Both the position numbers and the translations under genes were made by a program. This document shows, piece by piece, positions 58,967 to 64,000 of a stretch of DNA of 64,000 nucleotides. The stretch covers positions 1,024,001 through 1,088,000 of the forward strand of contig OZ241869.1 in the NCBI GenBank assembly GCA_965202805.1, given 5' to 3'. The DNA is from Longimicrobiales bacterium (GTDB taxonomy: Bacteria; Gemmatimonadota; Gemmatimonadetes; Longimicrobiales; Gaopeijiaceae). A model generated the notes under the pieces. The model saw only the letters and a list, made by a program, of their open reading frames with translations, was not told the DNA's origin and made no database searches. Within the stretch, counting starts at the first letter, position 1. The number at the start of each line of letters is the position of its first letter.

Positions 58967-61900
58967 TCAGCGCCGCTCGTTCCCCGCGTCCGGTATCCCG
59001 CGGCTGAAGAGGACCTCGAACCCCTGTCCCCCGGCCGCTGCAGCGGCTCCCGCGGCCGGGGCCGCTCGAGGAGGACCCTCCAGGATGCCGCGGATCCGGC
59101 CCGTCGCGGCATCGCGAAGGATCGTGACGGGAGCGTCGGTATTGCGGCCGAGGATCGCCGAGCCTCCCGGACCCTGGAGCGAAATGCTCGCCAGTTGCCC
59201 GGTCCACGTCACCGGCAGGGCCAGGGTAAACCCCGCGTGGTCATCTTCCGTGTCGGTATACTCCGCCATGCCGAGCGACACCGAAAAGAGCTCGGCACCG
59301 GCGGCATCCCGCCCGGTGAGCCACCAGGCGCCGCCGGACGAGGGCAGCGCCGGCGGGGCATCGATGAAGAAGGCCGGCTCGAGGTACGGGGCGCCTTCGC
59401 CGTCGAGGCCGCCCCAGACCAGAAGGGTCCGGGAGGAAGCCGCCGCACGGGTGTCCGCGGCCACGACGATGATGGAGCTGGTCTCCGTCTCCAAGCGGTA
59501 CCGGAGCGCGTTCGTGAACTGGTAGTCGCTGGTCCACGTCGGCGTGCAATAGGACATGAAGTCCGGCTGCTCCGGCGGGACGAGTTCGCCGGCGCGGAAG
59601 TCGTACCCCCAGGCGCCGATGCTGCCGTTCCGGTAGGGATAGTATCGATCCGGGCCTGCGGCTCCGCCGCACGGCGCGTGATACAGGTTGCGGTTGTGGC
59701 CGAATTCGTGCGCGATGGTTTCGGAATCGAGTACCGAGAAACTCGACCAGTTGCCGATGTCGTTGGCGACGCCGCGGAGATCGCTGGGCACCGTGGGTCC
59801 GGCCATCAGGCCCAGGTAGTGGCCGCGCCCGCCCTCGGCGACCCGGATCATCTCCGTAAGCCGCAGGATTTCGAAGCCGTTGTTGGTCGGCGAAGCCACT
59901 GCCGCGTGCGCCGTCACGTCCATCTGCGCAACCGGAAGCAGCAGGTGTGTCCGTTCAAACAGTTCGTGCCCTGCCGGGTCGGCGGCCATGGCCGCCGTGA
60001 TCTCCACAATGGAGGAGTCCGGATTCTCCTCCCAGATGAAGGGCACGAGCGTGACCTCGAACACCGGCATCGCCCGCACGTCGACCGCCATCCGGCCGGT
60101 CGCGGGGATGCGCCCGGCCACGCCAAGTGCGGGGTCCAGCGTCCCCTCCGGATCCGGTTCGATCACGACCTCCAGCTCCGGCTGGACGACCCACCCGGGG
60201 ATCTCGGCGTTTACCGACTTCGAAAGCGAACTCTCGTCGACCGACGCCGGGATGGGGTCCTGCGTCGCCGGGATGTCGAGTTCGTACGTCACGGCCCCGT
60301 CCTGGTAGAAGGTGGCGCGGACGGGAGGCATGGTCGCGTCGTTTGCCTGTTTCGCCGTGACGAATACCCGCAACAGCGCCGGCTCGCCCGCGACCAGCGG
60401 CACCGGGAACTCGCGGGACTGGACAGCCTGAGTGAGATAGGCGGCCGCGTCGCCGCCGCGGTCGCAGAGCGCCACCCGCTGCCGCGTCACGCCTTCCAGC
60501 CAATCGAGAAACGCCGGGTCTGCCGGCGCACACAGCTCGGTCCCGGCGGTGTGCAGATCCTCGAGGACCTCCAGCGCCGTCAAGTCCAAAGGCAGGGCAC
60601 CGGTCAGCCCCACGTTGTCGGCAAGGCTCAGGCTGGTGAGGCCCGTGAACTCGACCAGCCCCGCCGGCAACGGGCCGCTCAACTCGTTGGACGAGACATC
60701 GAGAATCTCCAGGCGCGCAAGGCCGCCGAGTCCTGGCGGAACGTCGGTCAGCCCGTTCCCGTCGAGTTCCAGTTGCCTGAGGTTGCCCAGCTCGGCCAGC
60801 GCCCGGGGGAAGGACGCGAACTCGTTGGACGAAAGATCCAGGACGCGCAGGCCTGGATAGCCGCCAGGTTCAACCGCCATGTCGGTCAGCCGGTTTCCAA
60901 CCAGGACCAGCCGCCGCAAGCGGGTCAGTGCGCCCAGGTCCGGCGGGATGAACGCCAGCTGGTTTGATTCCGCCCAGAGGATCTCAAGACGCTTCAGCCC
61001 GGCCAGTTCCGCCGGAAGGGACGTCAGCCGGTTCTCGTCGAGATCCAGCTCCTTCAGGTTGCCCAGTTGGCCCAATTCCGGGGGGATGGTCGTCAACTCG
61101 TTGGACCAGAGCCCCAGTGCCTCGAGCCTGGAGAGGCGTCCGAGTTCCGGCGGGAGGGACGTCAGTCGATTGAAGTTGAGAACCAGCTCTCTCAGGTTGC
61201 CCAGCTCCCCCAACTCCGGCGGGACGGACGTCAACTCGTTTCCGTCAAGGAAGAGTCCTTCAACGCTGGCCAACCCGCCTATCTCCGCAGGGACGGGTCC
61301 CGAGAGCTCGTTCCCCGAGAGGTCCACGAGCCTGGCCCTGGCCAGCCCGCCCAGCTCCGCCGGAATCGGTCCCTCCAGCCCGTTCGCCCGGAGGTCCAGG
61401 CTCGTGACCCGCCCATCCGCATCCGTGCGCACGCCATGCCAGGCCCCGAGCGGAGCGAGGGTGAGCCAATTGCCCGATTCACTCCAGTTCGGTCCGCCCG
61501 TCGTCTTGTAGAGGACTCCGAGGGCCTCGCGGTCAGGAAAGAGAGCGCACTCCTCGCCCGTGCCCTCGTGCGACGGAATGCCGCCCAGCCATGCCCGGAA
61601 CACCTCCTCCGCCGGGGCGCACAGCTCCGTGCCGGAGTAGTGAAGGGTCCGGAGGGAGAGACCGGCAAGCGAGAGCGGCAGACGGCCGGAGAGGTCGGCG
61701 TTGTCCGCGATCCTGAGCTCGGTCATTTGAGCCAGTTCGCCCATCTTCCAGGAGAGGCGCCCGGACAGGCCGTTGCCGGTAAGGTCGAGCGCGGTCACGC
61801 GACCGAGGGAATCGACGCTGACGCCATGCCATTCCTCCAGCGCGCCAGCGCCCAGCCAACCCTCCGGGTCCGTCCAGTTCGCGCCGCCCGCCAGTTCATG

Positions 61901-63271
61901 CAGCGAAACGAGGGCGGCCCTGTCGGCCGCGTTGCACAACGGCCCCTCGTACCGCTCCACCCGGTTCAGCCATTCGACGAACCCCGTGGTTCCCGGCGCA
62001 CAGAGTCCCGCGTTTCCCGGGAACCAGAACTCCCTCAACTCGTCCAGTTGCAGGAAGCTGGACGGGATGGAGCCCGTAAGGCCGTTCGAGGCCAGCCACA
62101 GCCGCTGCAGGTTGGCGAGGCCGCCCAGTTCCGGTGGGATGGAGCCCGTAAGGCCGTTCGAGGCCAGCCACAGCCGCTGCAGGTTGGCGAGGCCGCCCAG
62201 TTCCGGTGGGATGGAGCCCGTAAGGCCGTTCGCGCCCAGCGACAGGTTCTCCAGGGTGGCGAGTCCGCCCAGTTCCGGCGGGATGGAGCCCGTCAGGCCG
62301 CTCGAGCCCAGCAACAGGTTCTTCACGCTGGCGAGGCCGCCCAGTTCCGGCGGGATGGAGCCCGTCAGGAGGTTCGGGCCCAGCGACAGCGTCTGCAGGT
62401 TGGCGAGTCCGCCCAATTCCGGCGGGATGGAGCCCGTCAGGGCGTTCAGGCCCAGCCACAGGCTCTCCAGGTTGGCGGGTTCGCCCAGTTCCGGCGGGAT
62501 GGAGCCCTCCAGGTCATTCGCGCTCAGCGACAGCGTCTCCAGGCTGGCGAGTCCGCCCAATTCCGGCGGGATGGAGCCGCTCAGGCCGTTCCAGCCCAGC
62601 GATAGCGTCTTCAGGCTGCCCAGTCTGCCCAGTTCCGGCGGGATGGAGCCCGTCAGGTCGTTCACGGCCAGCGACAGGACCTCGAGGTTCGCGAGGCCGC
62701 CGAGTTCCGGTGGGATGGAGCCCGTCAGCTCGTTCCAGCGCAGCGACAGCGTCTTCAGGCCGGCGAGTTCGCCCAGCCCGGGCGGGATGGAGCCGGTCAG
62801 GTCGTTCCGGCCCAGCGACAGCGTCTCCAGGCTGGCGAGTCCGCCCAACTCGGGCGGGATGGAGCCCGTCAGCCCGTTCCGGGCCAGCGACAGCGTCTCC
62901 AGGTCGCCGAGCCCGCCGAGCTCCGGCGGGATGGAGCCGGTGAGGCCGTGTGTAGCCCATTCCTGGGTGGCCCGGTCCAGCTCGCCGGCGAGATCCAGAC
63001 CCACAACCCGTCCGGAGGCGTCCGTCTCCACCCCGTACCACTCGCCCGTCGGCGCGTCCGTCAGCCAGTTCTCGCTGTCGACCCAGTTCGGCCCGTCGGT
63101 CGCGTTGTAGAGCGCTATGAGGATGTCACGATCGCTCATCGTTGTGGCCGACGGCGACGCGCTCGATTCGGAAGCGGACACGACGGCCTCCGGGGGAGCG
63201 ACCACCGGCTCGTCGCCGCACGCTGCAAGGAGCACCATCGTGAGCACGGACCCGCGTCTCCCCGGAGTCAC
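58967..63271 (-). CDS. Large leucine-rich-repeat lipoprotein with C-terminal zinc metallopeptidase (M66-like) domain
   Basis: GTG 63271 overlaps the upstream stop; LLAAC lipobox; three capped LRR blocks; HEFGHNRNLYHAPCG and DFMSYC. Confidence 0.88.
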   Translation of the reverse strand: MTPGRRGSVLTMVLLAACGDEPVVAPPEAVVSASESSASPSATTMSDRDILIALYNATDGPNWVDSENWLTDAPTGEWYGVETDASGRVVGLDLAGELDRATQEWATHGLTGSIPPELGGLGDLETLSLARNGLTGSIPPELGGLASLETLSLGRNDLTGSIPPGLGELAGLKTLSLRWNELTGSIPPELGGLANLEVLSLAVNDLTGSIPPELGRLGSLKTLSLGWNGLSGSIPPELGGLASLETLSLSANDLEGSIPPELGEPANLESLWLGLNALTGSIPPELGGLANLQTLSLGPNLLTGSIPPELGGLASVKNLLLGSSGLTGSIPPELGGLATLENLSLGANGLTGSIPPELGGLANLQRLWLASNGLTGSIPPELGGLANLQRLWLASNGLTGSIPSSFLQLDELREFWFPGNAGLCAPGTTGFVEWLNRVERYEGPLCNAADRAALVSLHELAGGANWTDPEGWLGAGALEEWHGVSVDSLGRVTALDLTGNGLSGRLSWKMGELAQMTELRIADNADLSGRLPLSLAGLSLRTLHYSGTELCAPAEEVFRAWLGGIPSHEGTGEECALFPDREALGVLYKTTGGPNWSESGNWLTLAPLGAWHGVRTDADGRVTSLDLRANGLEGPIPAELGGLARARLVDLSGNELSGPVPAEIGGLASVEGLFLDGNELTSVPPELGELGNLRELVLNFNRLTSLPPELGRLSRLEALGLWSNELTTIPPELGQLGNLKELDLDENRLTSLPAELAGLKRLEILWAESNQLAFIPPDLGALTRLRRLVLVGNRLTDMAVEPGGYPGLRVLDLSSNEFASFPRALAELGNLRQLELDGNGLTDVPPGLGGLARLEILDVSSNELSGPLPAGLVEFTGLTSLSLADNVGLTGALPLDLTALEVLEDLHTAGTELCAPADPAFLDWLEGVTRQRVALCDRGGDAAAYLTQAVQSREFPVPLVAGEPALLRVFVTAKQANDATMPPVRATFYQDGAVTYELDIPATQDPIPASVDESSLSKSVNAEIPGWVVQPELEVVIEPDPEGTLDPALGVAGRIPATGRMAVDVRAMPVFEVTLVPFIWEENPDSSIVEITAAMAADPAGHELFERTHLLLPVAQMDVTAHAAVASPTNNGFEILRLTEMIRVAEGGRGHYLGLMAGPTVPSDLRGVANDIGNWSSFSVLDSETIAHEFGHNRNLYHAPCGGAAGPDRYYPYRNGSIGAWGYDFRAGELVPPEQPDFMSYCTPTWTSDYQFTNALRYRLETETSSIIVVAADTRAAASSRTLLVWGGLDGEGAPYLEPAFFIDAPPALPSSGGAWWLTGRDAAGAELFSVSLGMAEYTDTEDDHAGFTLALPVTWTGQLASISLQGPGGSAILGRNTDAPVTILRDAATGRIRGILEGPPRAAPAAGAAAAAGGQGFEVLFSRGIPDAGNERR
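62064..62945 (-). repeat. 72-nt coding tandem repeat (about 12 units of 24-aa LRR)
   Basis: gggatggagcc recurs every 72 nt; 62064-62232 is a perfect 72-nt-period repeat. Confidence 0.92.
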
Positions 63272-64000
63272 TGCGGACGGCCCGTTGGCGGGGGGGAGAC
63301 GACCCGGACCCGCATGCCCGGGCTGCGGTCGGCCGACTCCCGGGCACCGGACGCCCCGGTGATCGTCAGGCGAACACCCTCCGAGCAGTTGTTGCGCGCG
63401 TCGAACTCCTCCATCACCGGATCGACGCACACGCCGATGTAGACCGTTCCCCGGGCGCTGCCCCGGTCAGCCGAGATCGCCAGCAGGAATGTGTAGTCCT
63501 GCGAGGGCGCAAGCGGTGGAAAGGGGGCTGAACGGAGTTCGGTGTCGCGAATGCTGATAGTGGGGTTCGTCGACCGCATGGCGCGGATCGTCGTTGCCTC
63601 CGACACATCGGAGCCCTGGTTGCGGATGCCGAACGTCAACGTCGTCGAATCGCCCGGCGTCAGCGTAGCGGCGATCGGCGACCGGGCCGTGAACGCCAGG
63701 TCCGGACCCGGCGCGACGACAGCGATGTGGCCGCTCAGGGTATCGCCGAGGCCGGAGGGGTCGGTGGCCGTCACCTCGATCGTGACCGAACCCGGGGACA
63801 GGGCGGTGATCGTCACTTCCGAGCCGGAGACGGAAACCGCAGCCACCGCCGGGTCCGACGAGGACACCGCGTAGCTGAGCGCGTCGCCGTCAGGGTCGGC
63901 GAAGTAGGGCGATACGTCGAGTCTGGCCGTGTCGCCGACCAGCACCGTCCGGTCCTCGATCGCGCCCGCCGCCTCCGGCGCCCGGTTGGGGACGGTGGCC
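63268..64000 (-). CDS. Ig-like/cadherin-like plus CARDB-like domain surface protein, 5'-partial
   Basis: Frame open to the window edge; VPNRAP...FADPDGDALSY...VTATDP; PDL...IRNQG...VCVDPV.E....NNCS. Confidence 0.8.
   Translation of the reverse strand, partial: ATVPNRAPEAAGAIEDRTVLVGDTARLDVSPYFADPDGDALSYAVSSSDPAVAAVSVSGSEVTITALSPGSVTIEVTATDPSGLGDTLSGHIAVVAPGPDLAFTARSPIAATLTPGDSTTLTFGIRNQGSDVSEATTIRAMRSTNPTISIRDTELRSAPFPPLAPSQDYTFLLAISADRGSARGTVYIGVCVDPVMEEFDARNNCSEGVRLTITGASGARESADRSPGMRVRVVSPPPTGRPQ

Noticed and set aside
62064..62945. Regular conserved/variable alternation resembling a CRISPR array
   Set aside because: Exact 72-nt period in an open frame encoding LRRs; the 'spacers' are homologous to each other; no cas genes.

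Overview
A gene-dense, very GC-rich (about 70% by eye) bacterial window with roughly 55 protein-coding genes. I saw no rRNA, tRNA or CRISPR array. The gene content (many secreted lipoproteins, beta-propellers, S9 peptidases, an LRR/Ig-like surface protein pair, a GPP34/GOLPH3-like protein, an Rpn-family nuclease) suggests a Gemmatimonadota-like, possibly sponge-associated organism; that assignment is inference only. Main blocks: (1) an acyl-CoA catabolic operon (two crotonases, ALDH, thiolase, 3-hydroxyacyl-CoA dehydrogenase) with an SSS transporter and chorismate mutase; (2) rng-rplU-rpmA, an acyl-CoA dehydrogenase and recQ; (3) a UbiB-kinase/MeaB/B12-binding/carboxyltransferase/AtuA/crotonase operon with no mutase large subunit in the window; (4) an orphan XRE antitoxin behind an internally deleted RelE/HigB-like toxin; (5) hutI linked to a split aconitase X, and hutF; (6) a D-amino-acid dehydrogenase, pdxH, a serine-substituted dapF and a GPP34 gene; (7) tandem SLC13 transporters with diverged binding motifs; (8) peptidases, Rpn, amidase, GH109 and a large LRR-metallopeptidase lipoprotein. 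The most unusual signals are repeated short duplications of overlapping gene junctions that create tiny 'relay' ORFs, a dispersed 46-nt palindrome with a compensatory change, and several gene remnants absent from the ORF track. All family assignments come from motif recognition by eye, not database searches.
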